DNA of 64,000 bases from Leucoraja erinacea (GCF_028641065.1 NC_073406.1:6572001-6636000), one strand, 5' to 3'. Shown: positions 26,716-40,690, counted from the first letter of the stretch. Made by a program: numbers and translations. Notes: generated by a model from the sequence alone, not told the origin.

Positions 26716-28129
26716 ATCTAATCAGCAACCTTTTCACACAGAGGGTGGTGGATACATGTAATGAGCTGCCAGAGGAAATAGTTGAAGCAGAAACTATAAC
26801 AACATTTAAAAGACATTTGGACATGGATAAGAATGATTTAGAGGACATGGGCCAAAAGCGGGCAGGTTGGACTAATGTAGCTGAGGCACCTTGGTGGGCA
26901 TGGGCAAGCTGCTCCGAAGGGCCTGTTTCCGTGCTGAATGCTCTGACACTATAACAACAATGATAATGGTAGGAATTATAAAACAGAGATTGAAAGTGGG
27001 TGACCATGCCTGAGGTGAATTGTGAGAGGGGTGAATGACCTGTCCTTAACATAGCCATCAAATACTCTTAAAATCAGCATGTCACACTTCTCCTCTCTGA
27101 AGGAGCTAATCCATTTGCTGATAAGAGATTTTGCTGATAGACTGTTCCACTTTAACATTCTGTGTTGATAAAAATTCCATTTGAAGCTGCAATTTTCATC
27201 AAAGTCTGTCAGGTATAGAGTCATACAATATGGAAACAGGCTGTTTGGCCCACCGAGCTATACTAGTCCAATTTTCCAGCACTTGGTCTATGGTCCACTT
27301 TGTTGTGTCCTCTTTGAGTTTAAATGTTCGTCTTTTAAATAAGGTGAGAGTACCAGCCTCCACCATCACAACAGTTAGTATTTTCCAGATTTCAATCACC
27401 CTCAAGAAGAAAAAATACTCTCTCATTCTCCTAGCTCTTCCCGTTGCCTTCTGGTTCAGATGGCCTACTAAAGGAAAAGGATTCTCATGATCCATCCTCA
27501 TATTTGATCATGTGTCCTTTCAACCTTCTTGAAGGAAAACAAAAGAGGAGACACAAGGAACTGCAGATGCTGAAATCTTGATCAAAACGCAAAGTGCTGA
27601 AGAACATAGCAGGTCAGGCAGCATGTGTAAAAGGAATGGACAGATTATGTTTTCTGGTGGGACCCTTGTTCATACTAATCGAAAAAAAAATATTATAGAA
27701 AACAAGCCCAGTCTATCCAGTCCTTCTCATGGCTAAATCACTCCATCTCGGGCAACATTCGGGTGAATCTCTTCTGCACCATCTCCTGAGCAATCACATC
27801 CCTAGTGTGGCGAACAAATGGTCACTAAATTCTACATCTCAAACCAGCTGCATATTTCTCTCATAGACACAAATCATTTACCACAATACACAGGAAAAAT
27901 GCATTCAAAAATAACTTTCAAAGTAATAGTTACTAAAACAATAAAAATAAATAGAGTATGTACATCAAAAGACTAAGCGCATAACGCAGCAGCAGCTTCA
28001 GAATTCAGTAACTTTATTGACGTAAATCAGTAAGTGTTAAGAGGAAACAGAACTTAAATAAACATAGCAAGCAATAGATTAAAAATGTTTAAATCTTAAT
28101 CCCTTCTTCAGATAACAGCTGAAAATCAA

Positions 28130-29210
28130 TAGTTTATTTTGACATAAAAACATAGAATGGCAGAAAGGCCCAGCAGATCAGGCAATGGCAGTACAGAGAA
28201 ACGTTGAACTTAGTGGATGTCAGTGATGTGCAAGTGTGATGGGAAGACAAGATCAAAGCCTGTAAAAGGGGTAAAACAATAAATGATAACAGGGATGATG
28301 ATGCAAGGCAAAGGAATGGTAGCGGAATCAGTAACAAGGTTAGAGCGAGTCTTGAAGGGATGGAAGTGGAAATAGCAGAATCATTCTCAAACACTCAGTG
28401 TTGAGCCCAGAAGGTCTTATTGAAAGTTTATGTCGAGCTTCATTGGAACCATGCAGGAGAATGAGGACTGGAGTTGAAGTGAGCAGAAGATTAAAGTGAC
28501 GCATGACCAGGTCACAAGTGTGCACTTGTCATCCTACATGTGTAGACCATCATAAGAGGAACATGTGGTATTCCAACTTGCAAATACAAGAAGTAAATCA
28601 CAGTTTCTCCTGAAAGAAATGTTTGGGCCCTGGACAATGCAAAGTAGAAGGCGAAACAGGTGTTTCATCTCCTGCATGTACATACCATAATAGGTCAGGA
28701 AGTAAAGAGGGTGTTGGGATCATTGACAAGTGGACCAGCTTGGCTCGGAGTGAATGGTGAAAGAGGAGGGGAGGGGAAGATGTGTCGAGTGGCCTCACAC
28801 TGGAGAAGGAGGATACTCGACTGAATGTGTAAAAGGGAAGAACCAGATATGAACGAGTGAGAGCAAATAAAGAAACCAAGTGCTGGTTTAAAAAAAAAAG
28901 ACAGAAAACGCTGGAGTAACTCAGCGGGTCAGGCAGTATCTCTGGGGAACATAGATAGGTTATAGGTAGATACAGGTGAGGGTGGGGAGGAGGGTTGATA
29001 GACAGAATGGATAAAGGCCAGATGAAAAGACAAAAGGTGTTGCGAATTATAAAGCTAGGGATGTGGATGGAACGGAAGAGGAGATATTGGTAAGAGTCTA
29101 GGTACAGGAGAGAGGCGGAAAATAAAACGGGGGGAGGGTGGGATGAAAGGGGTGGGGGGTTGTTTACCTAAAATTGTAGAATTCAATGTTCATACCATTG
29201 GGTTGTAAGC
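28130..29210 (-). mobile_element. Two degraded Penelope-like fragments
   Basis: PGPKHFFQ, RPSGLNTE and QPNGMNIEFYNFR* remnants resemble the GIY-YIG C-terminus at 62808-63257. Confidence 0.55.
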
Positions 29211-29959
29211 TTCTACTCACAACTGTCTTTATTGCTTCCCTTGTACAATCAGAAAACTTGGCTACAATACACGTAATCCATTCAATCGGATCAGTCCTGA
29301 CCTGAAACATGATCTGCCCATTCTCTCCTGATGTCACCTGATTTGCCGAGTTCTTCCAGATGTTTGTTTTATGATTGAGATTGCAGCATCTCCAGACGTG
29401 TGTCACCATGAGATTGCTATCTACCTGCCCTCTGGCAGTTCAAATAATATTTTCTGGATATCCAAATAGCCTGCAGATACTTGTTCTCCTTTCTCCACTG
29501 GCTCAATACATGCTCAGCAAATGAAGCAGCAAGCATTGTGTACTTTATAAAATTAGTTTGTATACCCTTCCATACTCCTCTCTTCCATTTTCATAGTCAT
29601 GGAGTCACAGAGCATGGAACCAGGTCTTTTGCTCAACATCCCCATGTTGACCGATATGCCCCACCTCAGCTAGTCCCACCTGCCCGCTTTGGGCCCATAT
29701 CCCTCTTAATCTTTCCTATCCATGTACCTGTCCAAATGTACTGTATTTTAAATGTTGTTATGGTACCTGCCTTAACCACCTCCTGTGGCAGCTTGTTCCA
29801 TATATGCATCGCCCACTGTGTGAAAAAGGTGCCCCTCAGGTTCCATTGAAATCTTTGTTAAGGGAAATTTGAGAATGTGTTTTGCATCTTCCCCCTCCCC
29901 CCCCCCCACTTCACACCAATTTAGACAGGCAAGGAATGGTTATAGAAAACATCGCACTT

Positions 29960-30587
29960 TACTTAATTGTCTTTATTTTTATGTTTTTGACTGTCTGATG
30001 CTTATTTGCTACTTGGTTCATTTCATCTCCTTGCACAGGTGAAGGTGTGTGGGAGGGGGAGGGGTGAATTGCATTTGAGGCTGTTGTAGTCATCACTCTT
30101 CAACCCAAAGATTTCCATATCTCCATGAAACTGAAGAATTTTAAAACACACCCAGTGGTTGGCAAACTATGTACCCGGTGGGTGGCAGTATATTTCCTTG
30201 TTGTTTTCATTGGTTTCCCAGTGAAAGACAGGCAGAATATTTCATAGCCACCTGCTGACTAAGGGCAAACTGGGAAACTTTACTGACATTAGATGGTTCA
30301 CTTTGTATTGTTCATCCGCGTGAACAATGGCCTCAGCAGGAGTGGACTGTAAAAATGGAAATTGGCCTTTTACAACCTCTACATCCTGGAAGGAATGAAA
30401 GTGCATGCCTTCATTCTACCCAGAATACCTCATAAATTTTAGAAAAGAATCACAGTCTTTAGTGGACAAATCTATCACCTCGCATTCCTCTGATGCAAGA
30501 ATTGTGTCTGTGCTGAATAGAATCTCCTGTTGTAGTCTGATGCTCGCATTTAACAGCCTTACAATGGATTGCCGTGAAATTCAGCAC
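29960..30587 (-). pseudogene. Two decayed exon-like blocks with L-domain motifs
   Basis: 30429-30587 reads C*ISRQSIVRLLNASIRLQQEILFSTDTI...KFMR|gt. ~29960-30347 contains NHLMSVKFPSL/GGYEI and GC/FHGDMEI in shifting frames, with acceptor ttccatttttacag. Confidence 0.4.
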
Positions 30588-31869
30588 CTTCAGGGGAGGG
30601 GTCCAGACCCCAGGGAGAGTCAGCACCTTCAGCAGGGGATGAATAGAAGAGGAAATAAAAGTAGTATAAATAGTGCTGCAACTGGATATGAAAGCTCATT
30701 TGAAACAACGGCTCTCTATCCAGCAGAAATGATATCAAAGATTGACACAAAAAGCTGGAGTTACTTAGCGGGTCAGACAGCATCTCTGGAGAAAAGGAAT
30801 GGGTGACATTTCAGTTCGAGATTCTTCTTCAGTCTGAAGAACTGTCTCGACCCGAAATGCCACATATTCCTTTTCTCCAGAGAGATGCTGTTCAACCCGC
30901 TGAGTTCCACCAGCTTTTGTGTCTGGTTACGGTTTAAACCAGCATCTGCAGTTCCTTCTTGGAAATTATATCAGCTGGAATATTGTTTCCAAATCTTGGT
31001 ATCCGCTTTAGGAAGCAGGTGACAGCTTTTGGGAGGGAAAGGATGAGACCGTCACGGTTGCTGGGTTGTAAAACCTCAGTATGTGGAGCTTTAGGTCTGC
31101 TCTTGATCCACTGTATATTCCTTGCAGCAGTGAAGATTATGAATAAATTCAATAGGGGAATGGTTTTGATAAAATTAATAATGGCAAGCTGTTTCCTTTG
31201 CTGGAAATGTCAGTAACCACAGGAGGTCAAAGATGTAACTTATTTGACAGAAACCCTATAGATTACAAAAGGAAGCATGTTTATGTAGCATATGTGCGTG
31301 AACTGGAATGTACAGTCTATCCAATAAAAAAATAATTGACTACATATCTATCATAAGAACAAAAATACTCCAGTACATTGAGAGATACATCCAATTCTCC
31401 CTGCCTCCTGCTCAGAGAGCCACCACAGGGATGATGGGCCAGCGAGCGTCTTATGTCCTTCCATGGAGGCTCTGCTGAAGGTGCAACCTTTCACTGACTG
31501 CGCCTCTCCTGGAGAGGTTTGGAATTACAGCCATGGCTTTGTTAATGAGATCAACCTTCTTCCAACTCTAAGTCTGAAGAAGGGTTTCGGCCCGAAACGT
31601 TGCCTATTTCCTTCGCTCCATAGATGCTGTTGCACCCGCTGAGTTTCTCCAGCTCTTTTGTGTAACCTTCTTCCAACTCTATCCTGCCAAATATCCAGGT
31701 CAAGCCTTTCCAAACAGTAGAAGGTTTTGGTATTTTGCTGCATTTCAGCCTGCCTCCCATCTTGATCTAAAATGTTTTTCTTTAAAGGAATTTGTATAAA
31801 ACAGAGTACCGAAGATCCTGGAGCAGGATGCTGCCAGGTTTGCAGTGATTAGATGATGTCACGTTATTT

Positions 31870-32182
31870 TTGTTTAGAGATACAGCATGGAAACAGGCCC
31901 TTCGGCCCACTGAGTCCACACCGACCATCGATCACGCTGGTTCAATATTTTCTCACCTACCCACTCCCTACACAATATGGGCAATTTACAGAGGCCAATT
32001 AACCAGCAAACACACATGTGGGATGTGGAAGGAGACCAGAGCTTCCTGAGGAAACCCACACGGTCACAGGGGGAATATGCAAACTCCATACAGGCAAATT
32101 CAACACCCGAGGTCAGGATTGAACCCGGGTCTTTGCCACTGTGAGGCAACAGGTCTGCCAATTCTGCCACTGTGCCGCCCCA
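31870..32182 (-). mobile_element. tRNA-derived V-SINE (HE1-like)
   Basis: 5' ggcggcacagtggc...gacccgggttcaatcc (A/B-box-like), V-domain ggagtttgcatattctcc...gtgggtttcct, and CR1-like tail gggccgaagggcctgtttccatgctgtatctctaaac. Confidence 0.8.
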
Positions 32183-32593
32183 ATGAAGATGTAATAAGGT
32201 AATGAGATCTCTGTGTGAGCAATACAAAAACGTTTCCTGACCTCTGTCCAGCGAGAGGTTGTAAATTGCAATCATATGAACTTCGGGATTGCTGGGTGAA
32301 ATATCATGGTGTAGTAATGAGGAGCTGCCAGCCTGTTCTACAGCAACAGGGAGGTGAATTGAATGGGCAGAGTAACTGTTCAATCACTCCTTAGTTAGTT
32401 GCCTATATTTGTACCAGTGCCTCGTAATGTATATTTCAAATTGATAGTGAGAAATGCATTGTGAGTGATCAAGTATAAGTAACAAGTAATGCACAGGGAG
32501 TAGCACTGATTAAGGCTGGAGATATATCAGACTCAGACTTCACTTCGAATTTCTTATGCTTGTACAGGGTGCAAACTTGTTTACTTATATTAC

Positions 32594-32776
32594 CTAGTCA
32601 GTGTATAGAGATATCGGTCTTTGTTATTGCAACTGTTATTACTGGGCCAAGTTTCATGTTTATTTCCAAACTAATTATTGGTCTCTCTGACGTTATTGAT
32701 AAAATCCAGGTGACCGCTGAACAACAGAGCCTTTGAGTGTTGAATATTGGAATCAAATGGCTTTGCTTTGGTTCCC
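32594..32776 (-). pseudogene. Exon-like block with one in-frame stop (…HLDFINNVRETNN*FGNK…)
   Basis: actacaatcag| ... ag|gtaata, 183 nt, phase 2-2. LDFINNVRE resembles ErbB LSFLxxIxE. Confidence 0.4.
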
Positions 32777-33340
32777 CTGATTGTAGTAAAGTCAAAATTA
32801 AGCTTACAGAGTAATTTAAATGTATCACACAGGAGAAAGCCATTGAGCCCCTCATCTCTCCTTCAGAAGAACAATCTAAAACTAACCCTGGAGACACATG
32901 AAATTACAGATGCTGGAATCGTGGGAAAAACACAAAGTGCTGGAGGATCTCTGGATCAGGTAGCACCTGTGGAGGGAATAGACAGATAACTTTTCAGCTT
33001 GGGACTCTTCATCATACTGACCAAACCCTACTGCCCTGTTCTCTCCCCATTAACTTTCATCTTCTAACACTGCAAATATGTCCTAATTTCCCATTCATCT
33101 TTGCCTCGGCCATTTTTATGACAAAATATTTCATATTCCAACAAAGCTTTGTATAAACAACCTTCCCCTAATCTTTACACTCATTCAATGGCAGATTTAA
33201 ATTGGTGATTCCTGTTTACTGATACCTGAGCTAAAGAAAAGAGACCAGAGTACAGCGGAACAATGTTTTTAAAATAAAATAGTGGTCAAAGAATTTGATG
33301 TACTTGAAGTGACTTTAGCTATCAAGGCAACATTGGTGAA

Positions 33341-34445
33341 ATCTATATACATTACTAAACCTCTCATCTTGTTTGTTTGTTTGTATGCGTGATCCCGAAA
33401 CTCTGCCAAAACAGTACAGGATAGCGCTACAATTTCTGGCCTACCTTACCCACCATTGTCGTGCGGTGTGCATTAGCCAAGTTTCGTTCAGTTGATGTTA
33501 TATTTTACAAGTTATTGACATTTTAAACTTTACAAAAATACACTTTTCCACTTGCCCTGCCCGTCAGACACGTTCAACGTCACAATGACGTCATAATAGG
33601 GTCTTGAATTTCATTGATTTTATTCTTTAAAATTAAATCAGTTTTCATCAATTTTTTCCATTATCATTAACAGCTAACATTGTGCTTAGGTTATTTTAAA
33701 GAAAAACGATTTTCACTGAGAATTTATTTTTTATAAAAACATCGAGATTTTCATTGGGGGGTGGAGTGGGGGAGAAGTGTGGGGAGCAGGGGGACAGACG
33801 GAGAGGAGGGGGTAGGGAGGGGAGAGGGAGGGAGAAAGTGTGGGAGGTGAGGAGAGTGGGGAATAATGGGAGAGATGGGGTGAGTGGGGAAGGTGAGGAG
33901 GGAGAGTAGGGGGTGGGATGGGGGGGAGGTGAGGATAGGGGGAGCAGGGGGATAGAGGGACAGGAGGGGATAGGGTTATGGAGGGAGGGAGCAACTGAGG
34001 GTAGGGAAAGGAGAGGGAGAGAGGTGAGGGAGGGAGTGGGGGAGGAGAGGAGGAAAGGGGAAAGAAGAGGAGGGAGAGGGAGTGCTGGGGAAGGAGGGGG
34101 AATGGAGGATAAGGGTAGGAAGAGGGATAGCGAGTTAATGGAGGGGAGGGAGGGGTGAGGGGAGGAAGCAGAGGGGGTGGGGATGGAGGATCATGGAGGA
34201 GGGGAATATGGGACTGAAGAGGGAGAAAGAGATGCATTGATCACATTGATCTTATATTTTACAGGTTATTGCCATTTTGAATTTTAAACTCGTAGTCGGG
34301 CTTCCACTTGTTGGCCGTGCCAGCGCAGTTGGGGGAGGGTTGCCGTAACTCGCGTTACAACGAGGATCTCTGGCGTCACAACAAGAACCCGTCAGCCACA
34401 CTTGCGCAGTTGGGGCCTCTGGGTCAGTGGTGGAATATTGTGTTG
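33341..34445 (+). mobile_element. Probable non-autonomous Helitron-like element with (TTTG)n near the 5' end and a purine-rich interior, 3'-truncated
   Basis: Starts aTCTATATACATTACTAAAC followed by (ttgt)n. A G/A-rich tract spans 33755-34235. It joins abruptly to a CR1 3' end at ~34445. Confidence 0.45.
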
Positions 34446-35459
34446 TGAGTCTGTGGAATTCTCTGCCAAAGAGGGCGGTGAAGGCTGGTTCCTGGATGCC
34501 TTCAAGAGAGAGCTAGACAGAGCTCTTAAAGGTAGTCAAGGGATATGGGAAGAAGGCAAGAACGGGGTACTGATTGTGGGTGATCAACCGTGATCACATC
34601 GAATGGCGGTGCTGGCTAGAGGGGCCAAATGGCCTACTCCTGCACCCATTGTCTATTGTCCAATTTGCTGTTGCTTGTGTCTCTCTGAAATACGTAAGTT
34701 CTATTTCTTGACGTGCATTTGAAGATAAAAGAGTTGGCTCTGTTATGAGTAACCATAACAGAGATAGGACTCCTTGACACAGGATGACTAAATTTGGGAA
34801 ATAAATATTCCAGTAACTTGACATTTGGGAAAGATACTCAAAATGTGATAAAAAGAGAATGAGGAACTTAAATTAAATTTAATTTAATACTGGAGAAATT
34901 AGTCAAACCATTAGCTGATAAATTCTTCAGATTTGAGATGCCAAGCCTTAGGATTTAAAAGGAAGTCGTTTCAGTAATGATTACAGAATTCTCTTGATTT
35001 TAGAATGAATCCAATGATTGGAAGGTAACGAATGATACTCCCACCACACAAAAAAAAAGAAGAAACAAAAATGGAAAGCATAAGGCCAATCATCTGGCAT
35101 TAGTCTGCAAAGTACAATATTGATGTCTCTAGCTTCAAATAACCTTTGCATCCCCTCTCTCTCTGTCCCTCCCCCACCCTAGTCATTTTACTCGTTTCAC
35201 TGTCATCCTGGTGAGTTTCACTGTATAACTCGTTTTCACCTATTCCCCAGCCAACAATGGATCATTGTGGGCTCCATCATTCCTTGATCAGTGCTGCTTT
35301 TTGCACATGTTTCATTCATTTGTTCTATTTACTTCTATATTTCTCACTTCCCTTTCCATTGAGTCTGAAGAAGGGTCTTGACCCAAAACATCACTTATTC
35401 CTTTTCTCCAGAAATGCTGCCTGACCCGCTGAGTTACTCCCGCTTTTGGTGTCTATCTA

Positions 35460-35960
35460 AGGGATGTTGATTGTTCGGGTGGTGAAGCAAGAAGTGATTT
35501 AGGTTCAGTGAAGTAAGGGTGAAATGATCTCATTCGGTTGAATGACCAGAACAACACAATTTGTTTTAGGACGTTAAGAGATTGACTAAATTTCATATTC
35601 GGAAGGATCTGGAGGTGGGGACAGCCTAATTTCAGTTTTAATTGGACAGGTTTAATTTCCATCACTCCACCCGGAATCAGAATCTTTCTACGATTTCAGT
35701 GGACACCCCGTGCATAACCAGAAGGTATGGTGAGGGATAGAGCTTATGCACAATTACTGACAGCCTAACAGAATCCACCAAGATCTACGGTGTAAAAAGG
35801 AGCAATTTAGACCGCAGGCTAGCAGAAGATAATTGATGTTGATATGTTGCCCCCCATCTGTGAGTTCAACATGGAAGGTAACGCAAATGCCACAGTACTT
35901 TGGAATTTCAAAGTATGAAATGTCCAATAATGCTAGACTCTCCCAGACAATAACCATGAT
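35460..35960 (-). pseudogene. Decayed block with L-domain-like motifs
   Basis: FALPSML / ELTDGGQHININYLL and GCPHLQI...SLNVLKQI in different frames; boundaries not defined. Confidence 0.3.
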
Positions 35961-37852
35961 TTGTTATCCATACTTTCACAAATCATTCCTTGCCTGATTC
36001 TTGCCAAAGGTAAAAATCTTTAGCAATAATGGCTGAACTTTGACAATGTGTAACTATGAAACTGTAACTTCAGCATGGAAAATGGTAGTTCAGTCATTGT
36101 TCAGAGTTGTGGTTAATTTACAGCCTGAAACAGTCATGCGTAACATTGGAGACTGTTCTGAATGGAACATTTGAGGTTATTTATCAATGTTAATGGAGTA
36201 TAGAAACTTGCCCCAACCAAAATATAAACAAACAGAAAACTACTGATAGTTTTTACTGTATTTCAGCAGGAAATTCAGTATCACAGCTGGTATCAAATCA
36301 TCCCAAAGATCGCCCTTTCCCTAGGTACATATCATTTGCAAGATAATGAGAGAGATTTTCTTTGTTAGAGTCATAGAGTCATACAGCACGGAAACGGGCC
36401 TTTTGGCTCCAACTTGTCCATGCTGACCAAGATGCCTTATCTAAACTAATCCCATTTACTTGCATTTAGCCCTTGTCCCTCTAAACTTTTCCTATCCATG
36501 TTGCCAATAGGTTGGTGATTGTTTCAAACCCCTTACACCCCAGCTCTGTTCGTCTGGCTCAATGGACAAAGTCCTATGTTTGTGGGTGCACTCTGACTGA
36601 ACCCACAAACATCTGTCTCTATCTATGGAGCTGACTAGGAATTCTGTGTAACACTGAGGAAGTCCTCGTCTGTCTTTAGTGTCATACTCTAAGTGAGAAG
36701 TTACACCAAGTGCCCTCTCGGGTTGTGGGAAGTGTAGAAGATCCTATGCCACTTTCTTGAAGAAATGTACAAGATTCTCAGAGTCCTGCTCAGCATCAAT
36801 TCTTCAAACAATTTATTATTTAGCGATTTATCTAATTGCATCTTGTGGATGTTTGCTGTACACAACTGTCTCCTGCACCATCTTATACCCTACAATACAC
36901 CAGGAGCTACAATTAAAAATTGTTAACTTGATTAGATTGTGTTTAGGAATGAAAGGCATTGGGTAATCTGCCCTCATCTTTTGTAGATCTATTGGATTTT
37001 TATTTCATTAACATAAATGCTCTGCAAAACCAAGCAGCTTCATAAAATTCTGATATTAAAGTCTCAGAAGTCAATGTGCTGGAGAACATTTCCCAACTTC
37101 TCTGATTTGGAGGAGAAGGCAGGAGATGGAAATCAGAAAGTCAACTTCCTCGAATGGAAAATGTTACCTCGGTCAGTTTAGATCTTTAGGGCACGGATTC
37201 AAGGCCATTTGCTGGGGGTTCAGAATGTGTTTTCTGCTGGACGCTGGAAACCCATGTCACCTCCAGCAAGGGAGAGGCATTGTTGAGATAGACGCGTTTG
37301 GCTCAGCAAGGTCTCCCAGACGGGAAATGTCACACTTGCTCAGATTCCTCCGGTCCCGATCGATCTCATTTCACATCATAATACATCCCTAAAGGGCTCT
37401 ACAGGAGTGGTATCTGATTTGTTACGAAAGTACATTTAACCAAAGTTTGGTTAAAGAGATTAGGTGTTTAAGAAGGAACTGCAGATGCTGGAAAATCGAA
37501 GGTACACAAAAAAGCTGGAGTAACTCAGCGGGTGCAGCAGCATCAATGGAGCGAAGGAAATAAAAAAAAAACTAAAAAGTGTTTGAGGAGAGAGGAGTGG
37601 GAAGTAGGAGGAAGACGGAGGAAGTTTCAGAGGGTTTTTTTTTTTTGCACACCCAACAACAGTGGAGTGAAAAAGTCAGGACTGGAGCAACACTAAGTCC
37701 TCTAGTGGGTTTGCAAAAAGTAACAGAAACTGGGAAGGGTAAGAACAGGGAGGGATTTGGAGGAGAACTTTAACATGATTAGCTGGTGAGCTCAGTGAAT
37801 CCTAAAGTGGCCATTAGAATTGGATGGACATCATAGGCCATAAGGCGAGTCT

Positions 37853-37853
37853 A

Positions 37854-37887
<34 letters not shown>
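37853..37887 (+). repeat. ~35-nt poly-G tract (other G/C runs at ~45408-45436, ~49823-49846, ~50843-50862)
   Basis: Directly visible homopolymers. Confidence 0.9.
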
Positions 37888-38950
37888 CTCGCTATGCTTC
37901 GCGTCGGGGTTGCCCAGTAACGGATCTTACACAAGTGAGCAGCGGATTCTCCGTCTGCGTTCACTAGACGCGTTCCCGCTTTTTCTGGGAATCCATGGCA
38001 TCCGTTTCAGATCGAACGGTCCGATTAGTGCGAGATCGGGAAGTTGCCCTGTCTCTTGTTGTTCAGTACTCCATGGGGTCTAGATTGGTTTTGGGGGCCG
38101 GGCTCCGGGCTTGTGGGTTCGGCCAAACACTGCCGGAGGTCCCAGCGAGGTCATTACTACCGCAACAAACACAAGGCAGCTGAAGGGTCTGACTCTAAGT
38201 AAATTCCCCCCTCCCCACAGAAGAGTAATAACAACATAATAAGCGGACAATCACGACGCGCTGATGTAGCTACAATACATCAATATCACAATTGATTAAA
38301 TATAAATCTCGGTTCTATTTTTTTTCGTGCTGCACTATATATATTAAAAAATTGCACACTTCCTGGCAACGTTTTCCATTCAAGCTCCTCTTCAAGTATG
38401 CTTAGTCTAAACTGTTTAAACGTTGTCAAATTACATAAGGAAAAACACACATCCTCGCAGCCCCTAAACTGCATCGGTCTCTAAGGAGTCGCTGTCCAGT
38501 AAAACCTACACTTGTCGCAGAACGCGCACTCAAAAAGAACAGAAACGCCGACCAGTGGTTTGTTTACCTGTGGAACGAGGTGGTCGTACAATCAGAATGA
38601 GAAGAAGGATTAAAGTTCTAACTCTCCATCCCGTTCCTGCCCGGGGGGCTTTGTCCCTTTTGTACCTCATGGTGTCGATTTGTCAAATTGTCCTCAAGCC
38701 ACATGCACGTGTGGCTCAGAAAGACAGGATTCGGGCGATCTCCGAATAGACCGCGTGAATCCCACAATCCTAACTGCGTTGACACAATTGCAAATCCGAC
38801 CTCACTTCCAAACTCGGGCTGCTGGGCTCGGTCTCTGTTACAATTGCTGAAAGTATTCCTGGTTTTTTCGCGAGCGGCGTGTGTTTTGCGTCTTTGCTCG
38901 GACTCCGGAACCTTTCTGGGTGTGAGGCTGGCGCTGGGATTTGGCACTAG
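37888..38950. promoter_or_regulatory. CpG-rich island-like region with an RFX X-box-like motif GTTGCCCAGTAAC (37909-37921)
   Basis: CpG density is visibly higher than in the flanks. The motif matches GTNRCC-N-RGYAAC. Confidence 0.35.
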
Positions 38951-39412
38951 GTTGGCACAGTCAATGGACCTGATTGAATGAGAGAGTTTCGCTTGGTCCC
39001 ACCCTGGACAAGCGTATCCTCTGGATACGCAGCTCTTAACTTGGTAACACTGAGTCAACAAGTAAATATATGCATTTCACTTAAAGGGTTGATATCTGTG
39101 CCTCTGCTGAATTAGAATGAAGGAGAATTCACATTCATTAACTGGGTCCCTGGCTTTAAACAAAGGGGCTTACTTACTGGCCATGTATATCGGTACCAAC
39201 ACTGGCTTTAAACGTTATCGGTTTGGTGTGTTTTATGCATTTCACCGAGTCTTTGTTATGAATGTTTACATCGAAAATAGTTTCCAACAAGTGTTTCTCA
39301 GCGTCCTCTTTTTTTAAATTAAATGAGCGGAAAGATAAATTATTCATAGTTATACAATATGGAAACAAGCCCTTCGGCCCAACTAGTCGAATGACTCTCA
39401 TTCATATATACT

Positions 39413-39826
39413 CACTTATACTCTCTAGAATTTAGGAGATCTTATAGAAACTTACAAAATTCTTAAGGGGTTGGACAGGCTAGATGCAGGAAGATTGTTC
39501 CCGATGTTGGGGAAGTCCAGGACAAGGGGTCACAGCTTAAGGATAAGGGGGGAATCCTTTAAAACCGAGATGAGAAGAACTTTTTTCACACAGAGAGTGG
39601 TGAATCTCTGGAACTCTCTGCCACAGAGGGTAGTTGAGGCCAGTTCATTGGCTATATTTAAGAGAGAGTTAGATGTGGCCCTTGTGGCTAAGGGGATCAG
39701 GGGGTATGGAGAGAAGGCAGGTACGGGATACTGAGTTGGATGATCAGCCATGATCATATTGAATGGCGGTGCAGGCTCGAAGGGCCGAATGGCCTACTCC
39801 TGCACCTAATTTCTATGTTTCTATGT
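39413..39826 (+). mobile_element. Young CR1 3' fragment nested in an older antisense CR1 end (~39345-40125)
   Basis: Near-identical to 21463-21762 and 46850-47268; ends in tttctatgtttctatg. Confidence 0.85.
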
Positions 39827-40184
39827 TAGTCCATGCCGACCAAGATGCCTATCTGCGCTAATCCCCTTTTCCTGCATTTTGCCCATCTCTCTCTGAACGT
39901 TTCATATCCAAATACCGAACCAAGTGTATTTTTAATATTGTACCTGCCTCAACTACCTCCTCTGGCAGCTCGTTCGATAAGCCCACCACCCACTGTGCGA
40001 AACTGTTGCCCCTCAGGTTCCTATTAAATCTTTTCCTTATCACCTTAAATCTATGTCCTCTAAGTTCTAGATTTTCCTGTCCATTCATCTTATCTCCGCC
40101 CTTCATAATTTCATAAACTTCCACATGATGGAGCAGACTCCAGGTTTAATGGTCTGTTGCTGCCTCTGTTCGCAGCAATCAAAC

Positions 40185-40690
40185 AAGTGCTGGCTCTGGA
40201 GAGGGTCCAGAGGAGGTTTACAAGAATGATTCCACGAATGGGTGGGTTAGCATATGATTAGTGTTTGACAGCACTGGGCCTCTACTCGCTAGAGTTTAGA
40301 AGGTTGAGGGGGGGGACCTCATTGAAACTTACAGAATAATGGAAAGCATAGATAGAGTGGATGTGAAAAGGATGTTTCTGCTGGTGAGACAGTCTAGGGC
40401 CAGAGGTCATAGCCTCAGAATTAAAGGGCGCCCTTTTAGAAAGGAGGTGAGGAGGAACATCTTTAGTCAGAGGGTAGTTAATCTGTGGAACCTATTGCCA
40501 CCTGCGAAGCCCAAATCAATGGATATTTTTAAGGCAGAGACAGACAAATTCTTGATTAGAACGGATGTCAATGGTTATGGGGAGAAGGCAGGAAAATTGG
40601 ATTAGGAGGCAGAGATCAGCCATGATTAAATGGCGGATTAGACTCGATGGGCCGAATGGCCTAATTCTACTCCTATAACTTGTGAAATTG
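40185..40690 (+). mobile_element. CR1 3' fragment
   Basis: RGHSLRIKGRPFRKEVRRNIFSQRVVNLWN motif plus 3' UTR. Confidence 0.85.

Noticed and set aside
32100-32182. tRNA gene
   Set aside because: The A/B-box-like head is followed by a V-domain and LINE-like tail, so it is a SINE.
33731-34237. Pro/Leu/Ser-rich 168-aa ORF and the opposite Gly/Arg/Glu-rich ORF
   Set aside because: They are translations of a low-complexity purine tract inside a repeat.
37995-38183. Plus-strand ORF MASVSDRTVRL... as the first exon of another gene
   Set aside because: There is no recognisable homology and no convincing downstream plus-strand exons were found.
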